A stretch of DNA of 63,725 nucleotides, counting the filler, from Trichomonas gallinae (Eukaryota): assembly GCA_008369845.1 (NCBI GenBank). It is 10 parts of 10 records of this genome, joined end to end, with 100 filler letters (N's around TTAATTAATTAA, not from the genome) between each part and the next. Parts side by side here need not be neighbours in the genome. Positions count along the whole stretch, not along the records: positions 29,933 to 44,043 come from MRSU01000083.1; 9 more parts are not named here. The stretch is one strand, 5' to 3'. The notes beneath the pieces are model-generated. The model had not been told where the DNA came from, did no database searches, and was given only the letters and a program-made list of their open reading frames with translations. Positions 31,030 to 40,568 of the stretch are shown piece after piece (position 1 is the first letter of the stretch; the number at the start of each line of letters is the position of its first letter). Position numbers and translations under genes: made by a program.

Positions 31030-32230
31030 ATGCTCGGATCTACATTTAGCTCCCATTTCGCGCCTCTATCATAGTGACCGTTGCTACTCACCATCTTATT
31101 GCATTCGATATGCACTGCGGAGCATGTGTCAACGTATTCAAGGATGTGGTTGGATTGAACATTCTCAAGTCTGTCAATATCGAAGATAAAAAGAGTATCG
31201 TACAGACAGTCACAGGAAATTAGCTTGTTAACACAGAGTGCGATGGCTGCGGTCTGTGCCTACTTGTCTGTCCAACAGGGCCCTCCAAAAGAAAGATGCT
31301 GCATTTTTGGCGAACAATATCTTGAAGAACAAGGGCGACAAGATCATTTTCACTCAAATATCACCATTCATCTGTACTTTGTTATCATCAGGCCTTGGTA
31401 TTCCAGTTGGCACAATATCAACTGGGAAGTTTTTCTCAGCTCTCAAGCAACTTGGTTTCGACTATGTTTTCGATTCAAGACTTGATAATGATATTAAAAT
31501 GATACTTGATATGCATGACCTCAATCACAGACTCAACGATCCGAAGGCTGTTCTCCCAGTGATTTCATGTAGCTACCCAACCTGGCTCAAGTATGCCGCG
31601 AAAAATCATACAAAATGGGTATCACATTTCCTAAATAATTACTCATCAATCGGCATTTTTTTTCCTTATATCAAGGAAGTTTACCTGAATTATCTCAACG
31701 TTGATCCAGCAAGAGCCAACCATGTTGGTATCTTGCCTTGCACAAAGCAACTCCGCCAAGATAATTACTAAGTTACGGATCTTGACATAACATCTCCTGA
31801 ACTCGTCAATTTGATCAAGGCGTCCAATATTGGCTTAACGAACATTCCAGAGACACGGTTCGATGTTCCTCCATTGATAGATCAATGGTTCAATAAACCA
31901 TTGTTCAATAAATTATTTGAACCTGGTAGATATATTGAGACGTTCAATTAAACTGTTCAAAAAACTTCGAAATGGAAGTATCTTCATCCAATCGAGTTTG
32001 TCCAGCTCCAAGGCGCTGATAAAGGCATCAAGGTCGCATCAATTGATTGCAATGACCGCAAGATAAGGTTTACTGCCCATTGTGTCAAGAGCTCCTCGCA
32101 GCTCATCAAGAAAAATAAAAGAAGGCCATGATGATGTCAATTTAGTTTACTGCGATGTTAAGGCATGTCCAAATGACTGCTGCTTCTTCGGTTGCGGAGA
32201 ACAAAGAGCTATGACAATCACTACATTTGT
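31030..32230 (+). pseudogene. Hydrogenosomal [FeFe]-hydrogenase pseudogene, near full length
   Basis: MLGSTFSSHFA presequence-like start; ferredoxin motifs HCGACV and CDGCGLCLLVCPTG; GTISTGKFFSALKQLGFDYVFD; degenerate H-cluster motifs ISCSYPTW, LPCTKQ, DVKACPNDCC; in-frame stops and several frameshifts. Confidence 0.88.
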
Positions 32231-32674
32231 AAGCATATATTTATATACGCTATAGATACAAACTCTAATCGACACTTGGAAAAAATTTATTAAGCAAAAT
32301 AATGAATCCTTCTCGTATATAAATATAGTTTATAGATATGCTATCAACTAAAGTGTACACATTTCGAATTATAATACTCAAAATTTAACAAAAAATCATT
32401 TTGATTCGGTTTTTTGGTGACATGAGCTGTATATTGTTGATATTCACTTAATCATAATCTCGCTAATATTGATAGTTAGATAGATAATCTTTAAAATTAT
32501 TCCAAATCAAAATTATTAAATTCAAAATTATAGTCATTACTATATTCTTTATATTCAATTTACTGAACTAATTCTCTTCAGTATATTATGCACTAGCTAA
32601 TTACAGAAAAATAAACATTAAAATAGTTTTATAAAATTATACAATTTTTTTGGAAAACAATGATAAGGGCAGTT

Positions 32675-33766
32675 TTATTCACATGAGCATGGAATAAATA
32701 TCATAAATTGAATATACCTTGCTGAATGATAATCGACAAAATCAGATTCGCATGGAAATCCACAAAGAATTGTTATTCGAAGAGCACCTTTTCCATGATT
32801 GCCTTTTCCATGACTATGGCGAGAGTAATACAGGGGCATTGTTGTATTTCCAATTTTCATCTTTGTAGATCTGAATTTAATCTGAGAGTAATGAACGTTA
32901 GAGTTTGATGGCTCTTCACTTTCGCTATTTTTCAGCGCAACACACTCTGGATGGCCAGAAATGAAAGAGCTTCCTCCCCCACCAGCCCCAGAGTAAGTAA
33001 AAGAAGCTCCTGAATAATATCCAGAACCTCCAATACCACCCATATCACCATCACTTTGTGGAGAAACTCCAAACATACCATTCAGGCCATATCCATTTAC
33101 ATTTTCATCAAAAATAACTTTGTTTGTGGCTTTACCACCAGAAACTTGGGTACCTCCTCCAGATATTACATCTGGGCAAATGTTTCCATCAAAATTACAG
33201 TCAGATTGACCATTTGTGCCATTCAGTCCTCCACCATTGCCTCCAATGGAGCCGGGCCACTCACTACTCCCACCTCCACCAGCGACAAATATTCGAGAGC
33301 GTAATGAAACACTATCATACCATTCATAATTCGGATTAACATCAAGTCGAACATCAGTTGCAGCTCCTGGATAGAAACTATCATCATATTCTCTATCAAT
33401 AGGGGTTTTAAGCGCATTAAATGCACCACTTATACCAATAAATGCATAAATTTGCAATTTATTTGACAAATCAAGAATTCCAGATATATAGCCACCACAG
33501 CCAGGCGTGGATTCTTTAGAATTCTTAGACCATGCAGATGATCCTGATCCCCAGGCTTCAAAATTATATATTCCAGGTGATAAATTTATTATATATGGAA
33601 AGCATGTTCTATTGTTATCATCACATGGGTATCCGAACACATATTGATTTCCATCACGACTGATGTTCTCTTTTCCAACGGATCCTTTGTATTGCACAGA
33701 TAATATATAAAATCTTGAAAAATACCATGTAAAGTATTCAATAATCACGTTTTTTTGATATTGCAA
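32675..33766 (-). CDS. Glycine-rich protein (ALK/LTK-like Gly-rich domain family); 5' end probably frameshifted
   Basis: PGIYNFEAWG, GGYISG, GAATDVRL, SLRSRIFVAGGGG, GGSGYYSG, GGGGSSFISGH, GNHGKGALRIT; no in-frame ATG near the start. Confidence 0.75.
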   Translation of the reverse strand: MQYQKNVIIEYFTWYFSRFYILSVQYKGSVGKENISRDGNQYVFGYPCDDNNRTCFPYIINLSPGIYNFEAWGSGSSAWSKNSKESTPGCGGYISGILDLSNKLQIYAFIGISGAFNALKTPIDREYDDSFYPGAATDVRLDVNPNYEWYDSVSLRSRIFVAGGGGSSEWPGSIGGNGGGLNGTNGQSDCNFDGNICPDVISGGGTQVSGGKATNKVIFDENVNGYGLNGMFGVSPQSDGDMGGIGGSGYYSGASFTYSGAGGGGSSFISGHPECVALKNSESEEPSNSNVHYSQIKFRSTKMKIGNTTMPLYYSRHSHGKGNHGKGALRITILCGFPCESDFVDYHSARYIQFMIFIPCSCE

Positions 33767-34288
33767 AATGGAGTGTCAAAAATGACAAAAAACACCATGT
33801 AAAGTATTTAATTATTACATTTTTGACAATGTAAAATGAGGATCAAACACCCATCCCATCAAATCTTAAACAAAGGAATCATATGGCCAAACAATTTGAG
33901 CCATAACCTCTGTTGATTCAAGACACAAAAGCAATACAATATTATTTGAGAAATTAATTTGAAGACAAAACTCGGATTTGACATTGTATAACCAGTTTGT
34001 GACAATAGATTATTATGGATCCATATTCCAATTAATTTTTTTGACCATTTTATTGACCAAACTTAAGAAACACTATTATACATTCTAATAAATAGAACAA
34101 AGCGCTCAAATAAAAATATAAATTTTGTCAAATTGAGAACTATGGGAAATTCTTCTTCTTTTAGATTTATAGATCTAAAATCTTCAGTTTTAATACGAAA
34201 TTGAATTTGAATGTTCTCTTAGAATATTTTGATAATAAATAAATCCTAGAGTCACTTTTTACTCTATCGTTCAAAAAAATTTTAAAAT

Positions 34289-35059
34289 ATGAGTACGGAT
34301 CACAATAGTTGGGGAGATTTTTTGGCCACTCCTCCAAATATGATGGGAACTCCTCCTAGCGCGATGCCGGATACAATACTTTCGAATCTTCCACCTCCCA
34401 GTCCAATATTGTTCGAACCGCCATTACAAGAGTTCTTTACCCCACCTTCTCCGCCTCAACAACAGACTCAGGCGGTCAAACAGACTTATAATTCTCAGCC
34501 AACAAATTCTGAATTCGGCGAACTCGAAAACAGAACATTAGCTGTCTCAAATGCTAACCCATCAACAACAGAAAGCGAAATCATGGATCTTTTCAACGCA
34601 CACAGAGGTGTTAAGAACGTTGATATGAGTAAAATAGCCGAAGGTCAATTTACAGTCGAATATTACGATATTAGAAATGCAATTTCTTCGAAATTGTTAT
34701 ATAATGGCCAAACACTCAAAGGTAAAACAATATCAGTTTCCTTTGCACCACTACCAGTTATACGAGATCCGAAGAAACCTCCGAATAATGGAACTATTGT
34801 TATTTTCCATTTGCCTGCAGGCATTACCGATGATCAAATCATCGCAATCTTCGGACAGTTTGGTGAAATACGACAGATTCGTGGTACACCAACAAAAACA
34901 CAACAGAGATTTGTAGAATATTTCGATACTCGTCATGCTGAAGCAGCTTTGTTATCAATGAGCGGAAAATATGTAATGGGAGCGCGCGTTTCAATCGAGT
35001 TTTCTCTTCCTGGCGGATTCAGAAGAGGAATCCAAAAGGTCGAAAAAACAGGGCATTAA
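34289..35059 (+). CDS. RNA-binding protein with two RRMs, Mei2-like (RRM1+RRM2)
   Basis: RTLAVSN, VEYYDIRNA, NNGTIVIFHL, IFGQFGEIRQIRGTP, FVEYFDTRHAEAAL, IEFSLPGG. Confidence 0.85.
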   Translation: MSTDHNSWGDFLATPPNMMGTPPSAMPDTILSNLPPPSPILFEPPLQEFFTPPSPPQQQTQAVKQTYNSQPTNSEFGELENRTLAVSNANPSTTESEIMDLFNAHRGVKNVDMSKIAEGQFTVEYYDIRNAISSKLLYNGQTLKGKTISVSFAPLPVIRDPKKPPNNGTIVIFHLPAGITDDQIIAIFGQFGEIRQIRGTPTKTQQRFVEYFDTRHAEAALLSMSGKYVMGARVSIEFSLPGGFRRGIQKVEKTGH

Positions 35060-36738
35060 AACTTTACTTGTAATGCGGAGCATAATACATAATCACTATT
35101 ATTTCTAATATTACTCGGTAAGTCAAACTATTCTGTAAGTAATAAATATTTGTCTCCCAAAATACGTTTGATTTACTTCAAAACTTCACTATAATCATGC
35201 ATTATATCTTCATAGATGATGCACTTCACAGTGATAGTCTATTACTGAAGCATTTTGTCATTATTTGTGCAATTTTTGACTAATGATAATACATCAGCTT
35301 TTGACTCTTCTTAATATGCATACTACATCGTTAACTAAGTATATATTATGGTAAACTACAGGAAAATACGATTAATGTTATTACACGTTCTGTTTTTTAG
35401 CGATTTCCTATATATTTTATTATAAAATATGTTTATATAAACTATGAATATACCGTATTTGGTTGCAACCAAGCGAACATTTATGTAATTTTGAGAAATT
35501 TATTTCGCGAAACGAAATAATTTATGCACATGATTTTGGTGTTCGCTTTTTAATCGTATAAAGATTTGATTTTGACAATTATTTCTCTATAAACATCTCT
35601 TTTTTTTTATTTTCCATAATTTCATTTTCGAAAAAAGTCTTTTTATCAACTATAAAGACTATAATAACTATCACAGTTTCATTCTGGAGTTGAGGTCCAA
35701 TCAGTTTATATTTTCTGTAAGGAAATCAAACACCAAAATATTATGTTTGACAATATCTTATAATAAATCTATATTTTGTGCTTTTATGCATATAAGCCAA
35801 TGTTACCATACTTAAACTGATTTTTCAGTCATCAAAATTTCAAAAAAAATATTCAACAAGGATACTATTGTATCGGTCACACCATGTTGGCAGATATATT
35901 CAAAAGTTTTATTAAGTAGTTGTCAGATAGCCCAAAATCGAAAGTACCAAATTGAGGGTATAATATTATTCATAAAATCGGCCATTTGAGGCAATAGTAA
36001 CGACTACAGGTGTGGGAAAACATAACTATAAAGGCGCATTAAGGGTAATAATTAATTTATTGATCATCATTAATGCAAAATAACACAAATAACATTGCTG
36101 AACTACTTCAAAAGCATCCTATATATAGTAAAGAGTCCATATAAACTATGTACACACGAAACACATTTTTCGAGTTGGATAACAAAAAATTATTCATTGT
36201 CATTTTCTCCATAAATAAAATTAATTTTATTTCAAAATATATATTAAAAGCAAAGCATATAACAAAGATTTCATATTTTATTTCAAATTTGATATAATTA
36301 AAAAAATATTACAATAATAACAACATAATTACACAGATAATAACAAATTTTATTTTGAAAATTTGATAAAAAAGAAAAAAATTTATAATATCAAAATAAT
36401 AATTTTTACAACGATAAAATTAGTTTTCATAATTTTTACAAAAAAAAAATGTTTTGAATTTTTCAAAAATAATAATATAATATGATATAGTGTGTAGTGA
36501 TAATATTGATTTCATATTTTTTATCTCAAATTTGATAAAAAAAGCAATAAAATAGAAGAATATAACTAGTAGAATATAATTTCCATTGGCAAATTAAAAT
36601 AAAAATTGGGAGAAATCGACGGTTTTTATATTAATCAGCATCCATGACCTAATAAGAATAACCAAAATTGGAAAAAACTATATATGGCTAGACGATGAAA
36701 AACGCCTCAAATAATTGTGAAGTGATGTAAAGTTTACA

Positions 36739-38310
36739 ATGCTTTCATCCGCGACACGCTCCTTTGCTTCCTTGAAGTCACGCTGCGCATACGCACCATA
36801 TCTCAACAAAGTTTGCAAGCCAGAAGACACAGTCAAGTTCTTCAAGGACGGAATGTACGTAGGCTGGTCTGGATTCACACCAGTCGGCGACGCCAAGATT
36901 GTTCCTATCGCTTTGTCCGAGCATGTAGAGAAGAACCACCTTCAGGGCAAGCTCCGCTTCAACCTCTTCGTCGGTGGCTCCACAGGCTCAAAGAATGAAG
37001 ACCGCTGGGCTAAGAACAACATGATTGCTCGCCGTTACCCATACCAAAATGGCAAGTTCCATAAGAAGAACATCAACAAGGGTGTTTCTCTCCTTGCTGA
37101 TAAGCACATCTCAATGTTCCCACAGGATCTCTACTACGGATTCTACACAAAGGCTCGCGGTGGCGGTCTCGACATTTCTATCATCGAGTGCACAGAGATC
37201 CTTGAGGACGGTTCTCTCATTCTCGGTGCATCTGTTGGTTCAACAGCTGAAATCGCTCAGATCTCCGACAAAATCATCATTGAACTCAACACAGCCATCC
37301 CATCCTTCAAGGGCTGCCACGATATCGTCCCAGGATACAAGCCACCGGGCAAGCCACTCAACATCACATCACCAAACTCAAGAATCGGCGATATCTCAGT
37401 CAAGGTCGATCCATCCAAGGTTGTTGCTATCGTTGAGTCCAATGTAAGCTTCCCAGGTCTCCCAATTGCTGGCCCAGATCCAGGTGCTACAGCAATTGCA
37501 GGACACATCGTCGATTTCTTCCAGAACGAAGTTAAGGAGGGCCGCCTTCCAGAGAATTTGTACCCACTTCAGTCTGGTGTCGGCAACATCGCTAATGCAG
37601 TTTTGCACGGCCTCAACAATTCACCATTCACAAATCTCTCCGTCTACACAGAAGTTCTCCAGGATGCTATGCTTCCAATGCTTGACACTGGCAAGCTCAC
37701 ATTCGCTTCAGCTTCTGCTCTCACGCTCGCACAGTACGACCGCCTCTACCAGAATTTCGACTTCTACAAGGATAAGTTCATCCTTCGTCCACAGGCCATC
37801 ACAAACGCTCCAGAAGTCGTCCGCAGACTCGGCGTCATTGGCATGAACACACCAGTCGAAGTCGACATGTACGGCCACGCTAACTCAACACACCTCAACG
37901 GCACACAGCTCATCAACGGCATTGGCGGCTCTGGTGACTTCCTCAGAAACGGCTACATCTCCATCATGCACTGCCCATCTGCTCGCAAGACAAAGACAGA
38001 CCCAACAGGTATCTCTTGCGTCCTCCCAATGTGCTCACACATCGATCAGACAGAGCACGATCTCGATGTCATCGTCACAGAGCAGGGCCTCGCCGATCTC
38101 CGTGGCCTCGCACCAGTCGAGCGTGCTAGACTCATGATCGAGAAGACAGCTCACCCATCCTACAAGGACCAGCTTCGCGAGTACCTCAACATGGCAATCA
38201 AGGCCACACAGCCAAAGGGTGCCGGCCACGAGCCACAGATGCTCGACAAGGTCTTTAAGATGCACGAGAACCTCCTCGAGAAGGGAACAATGCACCTCGA
38301 CAGCTGGTAA
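36739..38310 (+). CDS. ASCT: Hydrogenosomal acetate:succinate CoA-transferase (acetyl-CoA hydrolase/transferase family)
   Basis: Presequence MLSSATRSFA; GWSGFT, PLQSGVGNIANAV, YTEVLQD, NGIGGSGDFLRN, VTEQGLADLRGLAP; strong C-ending codon bias. Confidence 0.93.
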   Translation: MLSSATRSFASLKSRCAYAPYLNKVCKPEDTVKFFKDGMYVGWSGFTPVGDAKIVPIALSEHVEKNHLQGKLRFNLFVGGSTGSKNEDRWAKNNMIARRYPYQNGKFHKKNINKGVSLLADKHISMFPQDLYYGFYTKARGGGLDISIIECTEILEDGSLILGASVGSTAEIAQISDKIIIELNTAIPSFKGCHDIVPGYKPPGKPLNITSPNSRIGDISVKVDPSKVVAIVESNVSFPGLPIAGPDPGATAIAGHIVDFFQNEVKEGRLPENLYPLQSGVGNIANAVLHGLNNSPFTNLSVYTEVLQDAMLPMLDTGKLTFASASALTLAQYDRLYQNFDFYKDKFILRPQAITNAPEVVRRLGVIGMNTPVEVDMYGHANSTHLNGTQLINGIGGSGDFLRNGYISIMHCPSARKTKTDPTGISCVLPMCSHIDQTEHDLDVIVTEQGLADLRGLAPVERARLMIEKTAHPSYKDQLREYLNMAIKATQPKGAGHEPQMLDKVFKMHENLLEKGTMHLDSW

Positions 38311-38554
38311 TCTCTTTACAGCTAAATTTAGTAATATTTACAACTTAATTATTATTTTATAAGATTATTTAGTTTTACCTCTCTAATGATATGCCTCTGA
38401 AATAGAAATAAACTCCCAACGACTCTAAATCCGATTTTTATCAAATATAACAATCATTGTCGAAATTTGAATGAGTGCATAGAATCTTTCTATGAGTTCT
38501 CACAAAAAAAAATTTGAACATCAAATTAACTTTTTCAAAATGGAAATGTTCAGA

Positions 38555-38706
38555 CATGATGAAAGGTGCGGACACTCAGACTGTTTTAATGAGAATGCTT
38601 ATAAATATGATCTCATCGTTCAAATTCTATGAATCTTTTATAACTTTTTGAGGTTTTCAACAATAAGATTCTGTTGGGAAACCAATTATCTGCACCTTTC
38701 ATCATG
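38555..38706. repeat. 152-nt element bounded by 18-bp inverted repeats (MITE-like or structured RNA)
   Basis: CATGATGAAAGGTGCGGA (38555-38572) vs TCTGCACCTTTCATCATG (38689-38706), 17/18 complementary; internal hairpin at 38652-38683. Confidence 0.7.
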
Positions 38707-38992
38707 CTTGACTGAAAAACTTAGGGAATAATTTATAGTTGATTGAAAGCAAGAATGTTACAGCACACGTTTTACAATAGTTTGGCTAAGGTTATATTTT
38801 GAAAGAAAAAACCTGCAAAACTATTGCAACATATAATTCTCACTTTTCGAGGAGTGAAACGACGAGTCGTCAAATTGCTGTTTAAAATTAATCAAATATA
38901 TAATATAAAGTAGTAGTAAATTAAGAATGCAGCCAAACAAACATGCGATGAAATTTAGTTTCGTCACTTTTTGAAAATTTTTATACAAACAT

Positions 38993-40360
38993 ATGATTTC
39001 TTTGCTGACTGTACTTTCAGTTAGTGAGAAGCCAAAGCCACTTCCTTTCATCGCTGTGCCACTTCATTATCACGAGCATGTGGGAGATTACTTCGATTTC
39101 CGATTTTTAGAAAAAACAAATCCATTATACGATTATTTCAAAAATTTCAAACGAGATTACTATGCGGGTAATATAAGTTACCTGCCATTAGACGAGCAAT
39201 TCTATAAAAATAAACACGCCGCCTTATTATCTGGAATTTTATCAATGATTGACATTCACACAAAACATACACCAATGGAGTGCTTCCAGCAAGCTTATCA
39301 ACTTGGCAGTTCATTAGGAAAGTGTTTTCTTCATCAAATAAATAATACTGAATGTCCTAAAGGTTGCTGGGCTTGTCAACTAGCTACCAAAGATTCCAGA
39401 ATAGACAATGAGTTTCTATCTGCGATTATTAACCAGTATTTACCAGAATATCAATATAGAAAATTTAGTGTTAAAGCATTTGACGACGAAGACTCTCTCT
39501 TTACAACAGCTATGGAGAAAAGATTAACAGTCTTATTTGAAAAAGAATTCAAGCGTTACAATTATGATGCTCAATTACAAATTGCGAGAAAGCTCCTCAT
39601 CGAAGGTGAGAAAGAAAAAGCTATTCACATGCTAGAAGAAATTAACAAGTTAAATGTGCCTCTTGCATATGGAATTTTAGGTTTACTTCACAATGGAACA
39701 AATAAGGGTGATGAATATTATAGAAATGGTGCTCTCGAAGGAGATCCAATCTCAATAACAGAACTAGCGCTCAAGGATCTTAACAGTCCTTTAAGCCACA
39801 CGGCTGCCGAAGCTACAAAGCTCCTCAGATGGGCCGCTGAACGTGAATATCCAAGAGCAATGGCAGAACTCGGCTATGGAATGCTCAAGGGTAAGAAAGG
39901 TTTCGATGGCTCTCATGGAGAAGGGAAAGAATTGTTATTCAACGCTGCGGTAAAACATGCATACATCCCAGCTTTATACTACCTTTATGAAGCCAAAATG
40001 GTACCATTTCCAAGCAGTGAACTCAGGCATACCAAGCTGGCTGACTTCATCAACAGAGGCTACGACGCATATTTAGAGAACCCAAATCTGAACCTTAGCT
40101 ATTTCTACAATTTCTATACTAATGTTTTTCCAGAAATCGCCAATTTTGCATCAGTCGATCTATCGAGCATGATGGAAGAATTCGAGAAGCTTCCACTCGT
40201 CGAAAAATTAATCACGAAGTTTATACAGTCGATTCGGCAGATTCATACTCCATTTGTGTTATTTAAGTATAGTATCCCTTATTTAATACCAATTAGTTTG
40301 TTCTTTATTTTACTCTACTTGATTTATATAAGAGTTAAGATGATTGTTTCTCATGACTGA
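38993..40360 (+). CDS. Sel1-like repeat membrane protein
   Basis: Sel1-like segments (LRWAAEREYPRAMAELGYGMLKG; AAVKHAYIPALYYL); short hydrophobic N-terminus and C-terminal TM (LIPISLFFILLYLIYI). Confidence 0.7.
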   Translation: MISLLTVLSVSEKPKPLPFIAVPLHYHEHVGDYFDFRFLEKTNPLYDYFKNFKRDYYAGNISYLPLDEQFYKNKHAALLSGILSMIDIHTKHTPMECFQQAYQLGSSLGKCFLHQINNTECPKGCWACQLATKDSRIDNEFLSAIINQYLPEYQYRKFSVKAFDDEDSLFTTAMEKRLTVLFEKEFKRYNYDAQLQIARKLLIEGEKEKAIHMLEEINKLNVPLAYGILGLLHNGTNKGDEYYRNGALEGDPISITELALKDLNSPLSHTAAEATKLLRWAAEREYPRAMAELGYGMLKGKKGFDGSHGEGKELLFNAAVKHAYIPALYYLYEAKMVPFPSSELRHTKLADFINRGYDAYLENPNLNLSYFYNFYTNVFPEIANFASVDLSSMMEEFEKLPLVEKLITKFIQSIRQIHTPFVLFKYSIPYLIPISLFFILLYLIYIRVKMIVSHD

Positions 40361-40568
40361 TCATAATATTTGTATGTTTCTTTGTTTTATATAAACTAGA
40401 ATCAATGAACTTTTTTTTTGTTCATGATTATTATCTGACATGACTAAGCATGCAAATCCTGCTCTGTTGGAATATTTCGATGAAATCATTGACATTTTTT
40501 TTCTGTCCATGAAAATGAAAGGAGATTTAATTATTCTAAAGCGATAAACAAATAACATTTTTATTATT

